A model generated the notes under the pieces. It was not told where the DNA came from, did no database searches, and saw only the letters and a program-made list of their open reading frames with translations. Both the position numbers and the translations under genes were made by a program. From Balanoglossus misakiensis (lineage: Eukaryota > Animalia > Hemichordata): DNA of 64,000 bases. The stretch is from positions 11,459,625 to 11,523,624 of the forward strand of contig CM082579.2 of the NCBI GenBank assembly GCA_040954595.2, in the 5' to 3' direction. Shown in pieces: positions 26,045 through 38,800 of this stretch; within the stretch, counting starts at the first letter, position 1, and each line of letters begins with the position of its first letter.

Positions 26045-26495
26045 TAACATTGATTCAAATATATTCATGCACAGAAAATTATGTGGTAAAGTATTCAGTA
26101 TAAAATAAAATGTTAACATATTACAGTAGAAAGCAAAAGCTGTATTGAGGATTTGCACCCAGACCTATTGTACATGTAAAGTAGCAAATAAGTCCAGACA
26201 CAAACCACTAGCATTTCAAATGGCATGTTTCAATAGCCCATATAAGTTAAGCTGCAAGAATTGTAGCCAGATGAAAATCTCTGAATTAGGGTAAGCGTTA
26301 GTTTAGTGATAGTGTTAGTGTTAGGTTTAAGGTTAGCGTTAGGGTTAGGGGGGGGGGGGTCAGTCAGTCAGTCAGTTGAATGGCCATTTAATGGTTATAA
26401 AGCTTAAGAGAAAAAAAAATGCAACAGAGTATATTTTAACTATAACACATTTTCCCACATAATTTTCAGCACATGAGTATATTTCAACATTATAA
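26045..26495. mobile_element. Degenerate inverted-repeat element enclosing a TTAGGG-like tract
   Basis: aaatatattcatgcacagaaaattatgtgg is inverted as ccacataattttcagcacatgagtatattt; degenerate GTTAGG repeats at 26287-26350. Confidence 0.5.
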
Positions 26496-26729
26496 TATGC
26501 TTGGTGTGAATCCAGCTTGCTGATTGGTTGGGCCGGGGTTTATATCCTCAACAAGAAGATCTGGACCCTGAACAGGAATAATTAAAACAAAATAACACAA
26601 ATAGAACACATAGAGAACGCGCCTGAATAGAACACAGTTTATGAATTCTACTGGCGTGGCAGAAAATCAAGCGACTTCAGATATTCTAGAACATGTTTGC
26701 ACAAGTTCAGCTGGCATGTTCTAGAACAG

Positions 26730-27233
26730 TATATACATGTTGACTGGCCATGAGGGCATCAGCATACGTCTGTAACCCGAGGGACTGTGAGTCACCCTCC
26801 AAAACAGACTGTTTCCCCGAGGCCGAAGGCGGAGTGAAACAGTCTGTGATTTGGGGGGACTCACAGTCCCGAGGGGTGAAAGACGTATGCTGATGCCCGA
26901 AAAGCCAGTCAATATGTGTTTTGTAACACATCTCATTCGCAGCTGCACATAAGAACTCACAATTCACAAAGTGTAGGGTGAAATTTCTCAACTATGGTTT
27001 CTCTCGGCTGCAGACGACATCTTTGTTTACTTTCCATTTCGCGCATGCGTAATATGTTGTGTTTTAAGTGAGTGGGCATCATTGTTCGGAACTGATGCCC
27101 GCTGGCCAACAGTTCCAACCACTGATGACTGATGTCGTCGTTTTGTATGGATCAGCACAAAAGAGAACGAATACCACGTGACTATAAATTGACGAATGAG
27201 AACACAGACTGTGGATAAGGTTTGGTGTCACAA
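26730..27233 (-). mobile_element. Crypton-type non-autonomous element with long terminal palindrome
   Basis: ~183-bp imperfect palindrome 26735-26917 centred on gaggccgaaggc; adjacent ttgtaacac is inverted at the far end (gtgtcacaa, ending 27233). Confidence 0.7.
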
Positions 27234-27799
27234 TGAGCGATGAGGCCCTTGAACTAGCATGATTTATTCCAAACCAAATAACGGATTTGAAAAACTCGCG
27301 TCAAGGACACAGTTGTCCCATTGAGTTATTACACAAGAAAAAGTCTACACCGGAGTACATGATGAACGATAAAGGATAAATTGTTCGCTATCGAACTCTC
27401 TAGTTTTCAGACATCTCCATGAAGTAATTTGCATATCGAACGCATCTTGACCTCGTGCATCATGCATCAGATGATGCTGAGCGGTCGATGTCGTGCGCAA
27501 CGTTCTTCTCTGTAACACATTTCCTCACTTTCCCTAAGTTAACTGCAACATTAACTTCTAATCACATTTTAAACGAGTTAATCCCACTATTCCATAGTTG
27601 GACTTCACAAATGGAATTCTGTTTTTAAGCAAAGGTCAGCAAGAGAGACAGACTTAGTTATACTATGGCTGTAGATTTGATTAGCTATACGCACGCCAAT
27701 GCACATGGCTAGTACATGTACACTGCACTTCTGCATGACCACATTTTCACCATTTCTCCATACTTGACATGAGCAAAATTCCATTCCAATGTACACACA

Positions 27800-28535
27800 C
27801 AATTAATGAGGGTCAACAGTCAGGGGTGACTTTGGATGCTTTATCCGGCAAAATATGAAGCCTGTGTACCTTATCCAGTAATTCAAATTATGTGATAATG
27901 AGGTTTAAGGTCATTGAAGACATGTGACATATTGGCAAAATGATTTGGTCCCGTAATGCCACCTTAACAATAAAAATCAGCTTTCTGGGACTATTTGTTA
28001 GTTGAATTAATGGGGTCAAGCGGTAACCCTAAAATGTGTGTATACATGTTGCTTCCATACTCTTACATCTCCACCAAAAACTAGGCCTCTGACTCTACTG
28101 GTTAGCCTAGAATGTGATTTACACTTATTCAATGACGGTCAAAGGGCAGGGGGTAACCCTAAAATTTCACTTTTTATTTTGGTCCCATGCTGCTCACTGG
28201 CCAATAGACACTAGCTGTCCATGACCATAGACCAGAATGCAAGAATAAGATGCAGCCACAGCTTAACTGTAGAGGTATAGGCCTATGGCTGGATCAAAGA
28301 TTATGGAAAAATATGAACAATATAATGCTTTAAAAATCCTCTTTGGTACGTGTAAACCATTCAGTCAAAAATCCAAATATCATTAGGAGGGAACGACTAA
28401 AGTCATCATCCTACCAAATTTAAGCAAAAGTTACTGAAACATTTTAAACCACTGGATCAGTACAGCTCACAGCATAACACAAGGAGAGTGATCACATTAG
28501 TCCTTTGCCTTTGGACCCTGGTCCAAAGGATTTAA
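27800..28535 (-). mobile_element. Diverged relative of Helentron/HINE-like family A
   Basis: ggtcccat..gctcac.ggccaataga and gcttaact.taga..gtataggcctatggctgg match 40600-40710; terminal hairpin cctttggacc-ct-ggtccaaagg. Confidence 0.6.
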
Positions 28536-29799
28536 AAATCAGAGGAAAATTAAGAAAGGAAAAAATTTGAACTGTTTTGACCTGATCATTAAAGTAGCAT
28601 TTTTGTGTGTGATCGTGACACAAAATCACATTCTGTGAAACTACATTCACATTTTCCTATGCTGTCCAGAAGCTGAAATAATCATAAATACTTCAAACTC
28701 TTAATTATAACTGAACAGCTTATGATTTGCTGCCTTATAGCAGTTGTACCGGTAGACATGTGTCTATCAAATTTGGTTACATAGCTAAATTTATAATAAC
28801 AGCGCTTGATCCCTCAATTAAAATTTATGTTAAGTGATATGCCCCCTGTAGCCAATTTTGGCACTCGCAAATTTCGGGAAATTTCTTGTTCTACAGTATT
28901 CATCCTAATTTTAGCAAATTTAAATGAGCAAATCCCGAAAACATATTCTATAGTATAGACTGATAAATTCTGACCATTTTTCATCAAAAAAGTGGAGATC
29001 AAGCACGCTAGTTGTCTTACCATTGTTTTTGAGTCAGTCACCACCTGAAGATGATATCAAAAGTAGTAGAAATATTTTCATAGTTTACATATACTTTTTT
29101 GCTTGTTATACCAAAGGGACCACTTCTTTCTTGTTTGTTAGTGGATATTGTTTGTTTGTTTGTCTGTATACTTTTTTATGATTATAATAAATCAATTCTA
29201 AAACCAAGCAGGCAAAACAGACTATATGGAAAACTAGCACAAATATGCCCAATTAGGCCATTTCTCGCTTAATCATCACACATTTCTACATACACGACTT
29301 GTGACCAATCACAGTGTAGGTGTATGTATTCTGACAACCTAGCAATGAAGATGAATTTCCACGCCTTGCTGTGAAAGTTATCCCTGGCCTTCTATTGTGG
29401 CTCAACCATAAGTTCAAAGTGTACCATACTGTAAACACAAGTGACTGCAACATCATTAAAGTTCTAAAAATCAATGGTATTTTTGGTTTAAAATAAATGA
29501 GGGGTCCAGGAATACAGCAGGGACTGTGGTTTTATTTGATGACAAGATTGTATCACCAAGTAATTAGCCTGCGCATAATCTTTGATAAGTAACCATTTGA
29601 TTTCTGGGGATGGCAGAATTGGGTATGTCGGATTATTTTCAGCTACTGTTACAGCAATTTGTTTAAACTAATTAATTCAATTTCGAGTCCACCTTTTTTC
29701 TTATAGGCTTCGTAGAATTTTTTCCCCTGCACCATCTGCCAACAATTTGTTTCCCAAAAATCCTACATCATCCCCCTGAAGTAAAATTGTTCCCCTTTA

Positions 29800-30465
29800 A
29801 GGGATGGACCATTTAATATTCTGGAGGGGTCTGAACCGGTTTGAAAAAAAGATCCCCACCAAATGTCAATGGAAAAAAAATCAGCCAGAGATTGCTTGAA
29901 AAGTAAGATGGCATACATTTGGTGAAAGAAACAAAATCCATCAGAAGTAACTTTCTAGAACACTCATATACATTTTCCAGGTGCCCTTTGGGCACAAACT
30001 GTGTCAGATATGCTATGGTTCTTTGGCCAAATTCCACTAGTAAAAGTTACAAAATATTCTTATATTCTACTGCAGTCAGGCTGTGACATGACACTATTGC
30101 ATTTTGAATAAAATGAAAAAAAAAACATGAAAAATGTCAAAAGTCCTTCTTAAAGTTGTGGTAAATGAAATGCTTACACCTTCTGACATTATTCACGTTT
30201 GGTTTTGTTTTTGCTTCAATAATTCATGTTGTCTTGAAATTATGCCAAATCATCAGTTGAAAATGTGACACTATGCGGTCAGGCCATTTTTTCCTCTACA
30301 AAATAATTGTGACAGTGTTGGACAAATAAGGAATGAGAAAAAAGTTGTCAGAAATCAGAGTGAAAAAAATAATGACCGGTGGACCACGTACAGAAAGAAA
30401 TAACGGTACCATATCCAACTTCCAGAACCCCCCCCCCCCCCCAAGTATATCAAGTGGTCCACCCT
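29800..30465. mobile_element. PIF/Harbinger-like MITE
   Basis: Imperfect TIR agggatggaccatttaatat / atatcaagtggtccaccct with G/C-rich subterminal tracts; TSD imperfect. Confidence 0.6.
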
Positions 30466-30576
30466 TAGCTCCTAAGGATTTCGAATTCGAACACTTTTGG
30501 GAACAAGTGCTGAGAAATTTGGTCACGGAAACGCAAGCTGGCGTGGACATGCTATAGTGATAGGTTTTAAACTTAC

Positions 30577-30730
30577 TGACAACCAATTTCAGCTTTCCAA
30601 CTGCACATCTAGGATCGCAGCACTGACGATGGATTACCGGAATGGAACGATCGATCGTCGATCCGATCGATTTGTTATTATGAAGTCCAGGCACGGCCAT
30701 CTTGAATATAGTTACGCATGACGTCATACA
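30577..30730 (-). promoter_or_regulatory. Candidate promoter and first exon of a minus-strand transcript
   Basis: Locally CpG-rich; CRE palindrome ATGACGTCAT 30718-30727; YY1-type CAAGATGGC on the minus strand 30696-30704; consensus GTAAGT donor at 30576-30571. Confidence 0.5.
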
Positions 30731-31003
30731 TATACAAATTCCTCGTATCGTCGTTGAGGGGGTAAACACATCACGCCAATGCCAACTACTAGCGTATTTC
30801 AGTGCATGTAGAAGTTTTTTTTATGATTGTCAAGTATTATGCTTGTAATACATTTTGTGATAATTATAACATATGTACTACGCGCCATTTCTGTGTGGTT
30901 GTTTATTGGAGTGGTTGTAAGTTGTAGACGATACACGCTTCGAGGATAGTCATATATTCTGAGTAATTACAACACTGCGGCCCTCGCCTCGTGTCGTTCA
31001 ATA

Positions 31004-31762
31004 CAGTAAAACCGGGCAAAACCGACCCCTGGGTAAACCGACTTCCTGTGAAAATCGACCGATCCCGAAAATTTCCCATTGACGCCAATGGTAAAAGTCA
31101 CTCTGAATACCGACCACTGTCTACTTCGAACACCGACCGCGTTGGTCGGTCCCACCCCTCAAATTCAACCTGAATAGACCGACCGATCACTTTATTGTAA
31201 AGGTTGAAATCCTGTCTTTGATAAAAAATTACCGCAACGATGTGCTAATTTTGGTTTTCCTGTCTTCCGAACAATAGTCAAAGCGACGGTTTGTCAACAC
31301 TTCGTTAGCAATTTACTGATAAGCCTTCCCGGTGGCGAGGTGTGAATCTCTTTTTGTAAACAATACAGTGTACCAACAGTGCGGCCATGCAGTGTTGACA
31401 AGGGCGGCGATTTATCAAACAGTACTGCAGAAGCGATGTTTCCTATCGTAACAATACCGTGTACGTCTTCCTGTTTTACCCACTCAGCCCGCGAACGAAC
31501 TTGAATTTACTTCTTTATTTTTTAAAAATTTTCAGAAATTACACTGTACAGAAGTTTTTTAATTACCTTTTATTTGAAATATACATGAATGTACAACGTG
31601 TACATATCGTGCGTGTGTCTGCTGTGCACTGTGTGTATGAGATCGGGGTCAAAGGGTTCATGGGGAGGGGGAAGCCACGCCCACTCTGAGTAAACCGACC
31701 CACTGTGAAAACCGACCAGAATGTGTGGTCCGAGGTGAGGTCGGTTTTGCCAGGTTTCACTG
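31004..31762. mobile_element. Tc1/mariner (pogo-like) MITE
   Basis: ta|cagtaaaaccgggcaaaaccgacc...ggtcggttttgccaggtttcactg|ta; subterminal aaccgacc repeats. Confidence 0.88.
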
Positions 31763-33231
31763 TATCTGAACGATTGCACTCCACTCGTACATTATCCTTT
31801 ACTTATTAACGCAACATCCGTTGCAAATTTGTGATTGATAGTTAGATCTTCTATTGATAAATCTATACGTAAGGTGAAGTCTGTCAGAACATGATGTACA
31901 TATCAAGAGCAGAAACGAAAAAAAATGTAAATGCAGCTGACAACCACGTGATTCTTGTCGTAGATTGTCGCAACATACAGCCAGGCCTGTTGTGACTTCA
32001 CAAATTACACGTCGAAATTTTGTGTGGCAAATGGTATTCGTCGGAATTCTGCACACCTGCAAGTTTTCAGAACAGAGTCGTTGTTCACAATTTTGCCTTG
32101 TCACGTTTATCATATATATGCACGACGTGCCAAATGACGGACTTTTAGTGTCGGGCAGGTTTTGCACTCCCGTCAAAACCTATTTGTATAGAGCAGGTTT
32201 TGATGGCATACCGCTGTTATCCAAATCCATGATTCGACTATGTACTGAATACCAACATCGGCTGTTCCCGACAGAGACTTTCTCCAGGGAATACGTACTC
32301 CGCCGTGTGATCTACCCATCCAAATGCCAGTGCCTTCTTCATTGGCGTAACCACGATGGAAAGAAAAGCTTATGAATATTGGAGAGAATTGGTAGTTCGT
32401 TGTTGCACATCAAATGTTCTTGTAATACACGATGTTAGGCTTGTCACCCAGCCATTTTAATGGCATGAACAGTCGACTTTAACGCCACAGCAATTACATG
32501 AAGAGATGTGAACGCTCGAAAAGAGAGATTTTGTCCCGTTGATAAAATTCTGTTTTCCCGTGTCTCTGCTCTGTTTTTACTAGAGAACGTAATTTCATAA
32601 AGAAAGCACTGGATAAAAGAGATTAATTGCACCAAATAAAGTTGTATTTCCTTATGATATTTTATTGTTTAGATTTGCACAGGGAAACATTTTTGGCCAA
32701 ATCATAGGGAATTATGGCAACATTTAGCTCTGCGTACAGGTCTGTGTGTTCCCGGCGTTACACGGCCTCCACCACAGCCCTGCAAGGCGCCATAGAAAAA
32801 ACTGGTGCTTCTGCGGTCCGGATCCGGACCGCAGCTTTTTCGGCCGAAATTCGATTTTATCGAAGCAAAATCCTTTCCCTGTCTACTTCTGCCTCCTAAC
32901 TGACTCCAAATATGATGCGATTAACTTGTCCTATCGTCCGAACCGCTCGCTTACTAAAACTTTTTTGTTTACCCATGGAGATAAACTCACTGTAAGCCTT
33001 ATATTTAATATGACGATCTCAACATGTAAACACACAAAAATGAATCAAACGCTGGGGGTGCGGCAAGTTTGTGTCATCGGTATTCCAGATCAGGCCGACC
33101 CCCCTTCACCCAGGTCCAAAAAATGATGACCCCCCCCCCCCCACGCCGAAAACATTCGCCGTCCTGATCCTATGTACACTGTATGCAATAAAGGGAATGA
33201 GGCTCCTCACACCTCAATTATAAAGTATATA

Positions 33232-34379
33232 GGCCGTGTCTATTGACACGCGCGTGTCAATAGCCAGTACATGTCGGGCCGGCTATTGACACGCGCGTGT
33301 CAATAGCCAGTGCATAGGGGGCCGGCTATTGACACGCGGGGACTTTAATATTCTCAAATTATTGCCGATTTTTGAAAACCAAAGCACATTTCACATAGTC
33401 CATTAAATGATTCGTCTTTTCTTCCCCGAAAATCAGATGAAACGAAGTGCAAAATTCCGAAAGTCAAAGCGTAATGTCATAGTTCTTCTACCCGTTCTAC
33501 GCGTGTACGCCTGCCGATTCCAAGCTTATCTCCTGACCGTGACACGACTTTTATAAAGCAATGCACATTTTCCATCGGAGGACTTATCTTTTCCGCCGAA
33601 AATGTAGATGAAAGGAAGTGCAAATTTCTGAAATATTTCTGAGCATCGCTACGATTGTTTTACTGTTCATGCACTACGGCCGCTGCACACAGAGGGACAC
33701 ACTCACCGCGACGCTGACCTCAACAGCGCGGACATACTGTAAAATATTTCGTTTGAATTGAGAGATTTTTTTCATGATGAACAAATTCATTGCTTGTTGG
33801 GAAATACGTTACAACTTGAACCGTGGTGTGACAACTTACTTAGTCCCCAAATGCATGCCTTGCAGGGTCCAGTGCAATGACGTGTATTACCGAAATTAAC
33901 ATTTTCACGCCATAGCACTAGCAGTCAGATTTTTCCTGGTTGAAGCAACGAAAATGACGTATTGCCCAGTGCAGTCTGACATACTTCGAAATACATGTAC
34001 TTGGATTTTCTTTATTTTACACCTCGCAACGTAGGATACGGAATGTGCATTGCTTTATAAAAGTCGTGTCATGGTCAGGAGATAAGCTTAGAATCGGCAG
34101 GCGTACACGCGTAGAACGGGTAGAAGAACTATGACATTACGCTTTGACTTTCGGAATTTTGCACTTCGTTTCATCTGATTTTCGGGGAAGAAAAGACGAA
34201 TCATTTAATGGACTATGTGAAATGTGCTTTGGTTTTCAAAAATCGGCAATAATTTGAGAATATTAAAGTCCCCGCGTGTCAATAGCCGGCCCCCTATGCA
34301 CTGGCTATTGACACGCGCGTGTCAATAGCCGGCCCGACAAGCACTGGCTATTGACACGCGCGTGTCAATAGACACTCCG
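33232..34379. mobile_element. Foldback/MULE-type non-autonomous transposon with ~335-bp TIRs and 9-bp TSD
   Basis: Near-identical inverted arms ~33235-33570 and ~34043-34375; TSD aagtatata at 33223-33231 and 34380-34388. Confidence 0.92.
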
Positions 34380-35861
34380 AAGTATATAATAGTATATAGT
34401 AGCAATAAAGAATGAATTATGAATAAATTAAAATGACAAGTCGATACAATGTTTGGTAGGATTGGTAAAACAAGAAAAGTGGTGGGGGTGGGAGTTGGAG
34501 TGGGAGGGGGTGTCCCCCTCCCGCATAAGAAAATGTTGTAAAATACGGTGCCAAAGTTGCATTTTAATGAACTCAAAAGCAAATTAACTCAATATTGGGG
34601 AGGACCAATTTTTCTTTTGCCACTCCACTCAAAGTAAGCATCGATATGGTGGGGTGGCAAGTAGTCTCCCCTGGTACAATAGACAAACCAGCCAACGAAA
34701 TGAAATGTGGTGAAGAATGGAGGGGTTGGGTGTGGGAAGGGGTATCCCCCTACCACATTTGAAAATTTTATAAAATAAAGGGTGCAAAACTGCAATTTTG
34801 TTGACTCAAAAGCAAACGTTTGGTGGCAAAAGTATGTGACCCCCCTAAATGTCTTAAAAAAAAGATGACTCCCCCCTCTTTGGACTTCAAAATTTAAGTG
34901 ACCCCCTGGATTTTGCCGCCCCCCAGCCGTAAAAATTGAACTGTCCCGTAAGGCCCTACTATTCCCTGAAAGCCTCATGAAATGCCAAATTTCACATTTT
35001 TTTTCCAAAAATCAGAACTTCTACCTTTCATATAAAATCTTCATCATCAAGCCACATTACTTGTATTTGCATCTGATTATGTTTATTATCTCTTGGCGCG
35101 GCGATGCATACCACAATAGTTGTGAACTCTTTGTATAGAGGCTGATACGCACGTGTGGCACCTATTTAATATATCACTTGTTCAAATTGCAACATACAGC
35201 CACATTCGTCCATTGATAACATGTTCATGTATGCCTATCAGTAAGCTTCTTTACATGGACCAATCAATGTTGGAAGTCAAATCATGGAAATAATGCAAAA
35301 AGTGTCAGCTCTTAGGGCTTGAATAACATTGTATTTGGACTTGTATAGACCCAGAAGTTGCAGTATCCGCTCACTGCACATATGGGATCCTGTGTTAAAG
35401 AAGCACACAATTTTCCTAACATTTTGGCAATATAGCCAAATTGATCAAGAAAGGGCAACAACATTTTAGTCAAACAGTGTACTACTTAACCAGTATTGAC
35501 AAACAGTGGCCATCTATGTTAGATATCTCTATCTATGTTCTAAATTTCACTGCTCTGTTAGCAAAAGCAAACATTAAAATTTAAAATCGCATGTGGAGAT
35601 TTTAGATAAATTAACTCTGTAACTGGGCCTGATCAGGCGCCTTGAAATGGCAGGGGTCTGACATTCTGCATTGATTTCAGAGCAGACAAAATGTTCCAGT
35701 ACACAATGAAGTGTATGTTTTCTCAAAATTCTATGTATAAGGCTTTGGAATATAATAACCAATTGCAATGCATCTGGGCTGGCCAAGGGTGAAGTAGGCG
35801 GTCTTATTTTTCTGGGGAAACAAACAAACAAATATATAAATAAATAAAAAAAATAAAGAAA

Positions 35862-38800
35862 TTAAAGCTGCAAGCAGCATTGAAGGGGCCCAAGCATAGA
35901 GTTAATAACCATTAGACTCCATTCAGGGTTGTACCATTCAAATGCGTAGGCTGTATTTGCTCTGGATGTGGAGATATGGGGAAGTAGGCAACCACCCGAA
36001 ATGGATGTCTTACAAGTACAAACACAACAACCAAAGGTGAACTTCTACGTTGTAAGTACTTCAGTTACTTCAAAGGTCAGCTGAGGGTATCCAAAAATTG
36101 GGCCAAAAATTAGGATTCTTATTTGGTTCATATTCAAGACAACGGAAAATCCTCGCTGTTTGGGTTTGTCAAATTAGATATGGCCATAATAATGAGTTAC
36201 GCAAGTAAGTTACAGGTAGCCCCTAAAATTTAGCATTTCATGACGCAGAGGGTCCTACCCTACCCCTCCAAACACCTGGCTATACATGATGTGCATGCTA
36301 ACATATGGAAGGCAGGTCAATGGACACCTGATGTCACCCCAAAATTTGACAAAAAATGTTCATTCCTGTTTATGTCATGTGCAACAAATCCTACATTTGC
36401 AGCCCTTTCACTTTGCCTACCATTAGGTATGCACGTACTACATGAATCAAGCAGGTGTCGCAGGTATCCGCCTGTATTTGGCATTTCATGATAGTTTCGC
36501 TCCGAATACCAAAGCTGCACTTGTACAACGGGCTGAGGTATGGCACTGTACGACAGAGGTCATCCAAATCAACTTAGACATTTGGGCAAAAACAAACTGA
36601 CACTTACATTCGTCCCGGTGGAACAAAAACCACACCTATTGCCCTGTTGGTTAGTGTCCAATTAAATGTACAAAATCAATGACTTAGGCAGGTGCAACAG
36701 GTAACCCCGCCTTTGGTATATCTTTATGGTCCCATCCCTAAATCCCCCCCCCCACGCCAAAGCTGCATGCATCTGCTGTGGATGCTCACTAAGCAAAAGT
36801 AGGTGAAATGTCACATAAGATCGCCCATAAGGCTGCATTCACAAACACCTCTTGGGGGGGGGGGGGAGGGGCGGGAGAATTCAATTTTTTACCGCTAATT
36901 TTCACATGACCCCCCGTACACAACCCGAAAAATTTCAAATCCCCCCCTTCCGAACTGCCAAAATTTTGAAATCCCCCCCCCTCCCCATTTTCTTTCATAG
37001 AGCAAAACACATCACCTAGTATCTATCTCGTAAAAAAAGAAAAACAGCGCTCCCATTTTTTAAGTATTTGTATCCTGGCGGTTGGGAGACATTGTAACCG
37101 AGAATTGAAGGGGGTGGGTTTGGGAGGGGGTGCACGTAAGAAAATTTTATAAAATACAGAGCTCAAAGCTGCATTTTAATGAACCCGGCAAAGGCAAATT
37201 AACTCAACTACCGGTATGTTGGGGAGGACAAATTTAACCGTCGACGCTCAGAGTTATCATGGGGTTGGGGCAAGTCCCCTGACCTGGGACACTAGATAAA
37301 CCAATCAATGATTGAAAGGTGTTGATGAATGGAGGGGGTGGGTGTGGGAGGGGTGTCCCCCTCCCCATTAGAAAATTTTGTAAAATAAAGGGCGCGAAAC
37401 TGCATTTTTGTGGACTCAAAATAAATATTTAGTCGTCAAAGATTTCAAGTCCTCCCCTTTCAGTCCCTAAATTATTTCAAATCTCCCCTTACATACCCTC
37501 AATTTTTTTCAAATCCCCCCCTCAATTCTCCTGCCCCCCCCCTCCTGAGGTGTTTGTGAATGCAGCCTAACTTGACAGGAAAATCGGACTTCATATTGAT
37601 CCATTTGCAACAAATACCACACTGGCATACCTTTCATTGACCCCACAATTACGCATGCACATAATTGAGTTACGCAGGTGTCACAGGTGACCCCCGAATC
37701 GGGCGTATTATTTTGGTCCCATACAGCTGCTTGAAGCTGCGTGCCATTACGGGCGACCTGATAACCCCCACGGCCACCTGCGGGCCAACCCCCATACTGA
37801 ACGTTCGGTTGCAATGTCACGACTGAAGTAGGAACTGTTGAACGGCAAAGAAGCCTGATCTCTGATTATTGCTGCTACTATATTCCCTTCGTGCAAGAAA
37901 ATCATTGGTCTGCTGACGTATTTCGGCCACATTAGCGACTGAGGGTCAAAGTCCGCTGCCGCATTACATTGAATGTTAACCAGTGTAGCCGGGTCTACAT
38001 AGAAACATTTGAACGGCAACAGCTAACAAACTCAGCGTAATTCAATAAAACGCCCTAACACAGCCTGAACTCCGATAATGTGTTATCCCAAAATTCATTC
38101 CGTGGAAAATAATCACTGGTCTGTTTACGTATTTCAGCCGATTTTCCAAGGACTACTGCAACCCGCCAGAAGTGAGTAGCCTGCTAATGAGATCTCCACA
38201 ACATTATGTAATGACGGTCAAAGTCCGATGCCCCAGTGTCCGTCCTCAGCCCACTAAAAATGCGAAAAATATTACAAAAATCTTCTTCTCAAAATCGACG
38301 TGGCCTAGGACCTTGAAATTTGGCACAGGGGATTTTGGCCACATGGTCTACAAAAATCGCGAAAAGAATGCACATTCCCCCATAAACGTGCAAATTAGGT
38401 CAATTTGAAAATTTCGCTCGATTATAGCCACCAAGTCACGTGACTAATTACAAATTCAAAGGGCAGGTGCACCAGTACTCGTGGGCCCCAATCATCGTGC
38501 CAAACTTCATAGGCGCAGGTGCCGGAATTTCAGAGAAAAACGGGTGCAAAAAAACGACTCAAGAAGAAAGAAGAAATATAGCTGCAAGCAGCGATGACGG
38601 GCACAAGCTTAAGCCTTAGGTCAAAGGTCATATGTGGTCACCCAAAATTTGGGCAAAAAGTTTTGACCCCCATACTAGTCCAGGTCCAATAGAAACCTGA
38701 CCTCTAGCCCTATTGGTTTGTCTGAAATTAGAAATGCACATAATTAATGATGTAAAGTGGAAGACTCCATTAATAGTTCGATCCATCCAAACACAAATGA

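Noticed and set aside
29040-29085. CTGAAGA...GAAA possible second hammerhead
   Set aside because: Stem II pairs poorly and there is no stem I complement; at most a decayed remnant.
29215-29282. Minus-strand GTGATGA C-box, possible C/D snoRNA
   Set aside because: No CTGA D-box or terminal stem at a suitable distance.
31765-32460. CpG-rich stretch with 125-136 aa ORFs on both strands
   Set aside because: No recognisable motif or splice structure in any frame; left unassigned.
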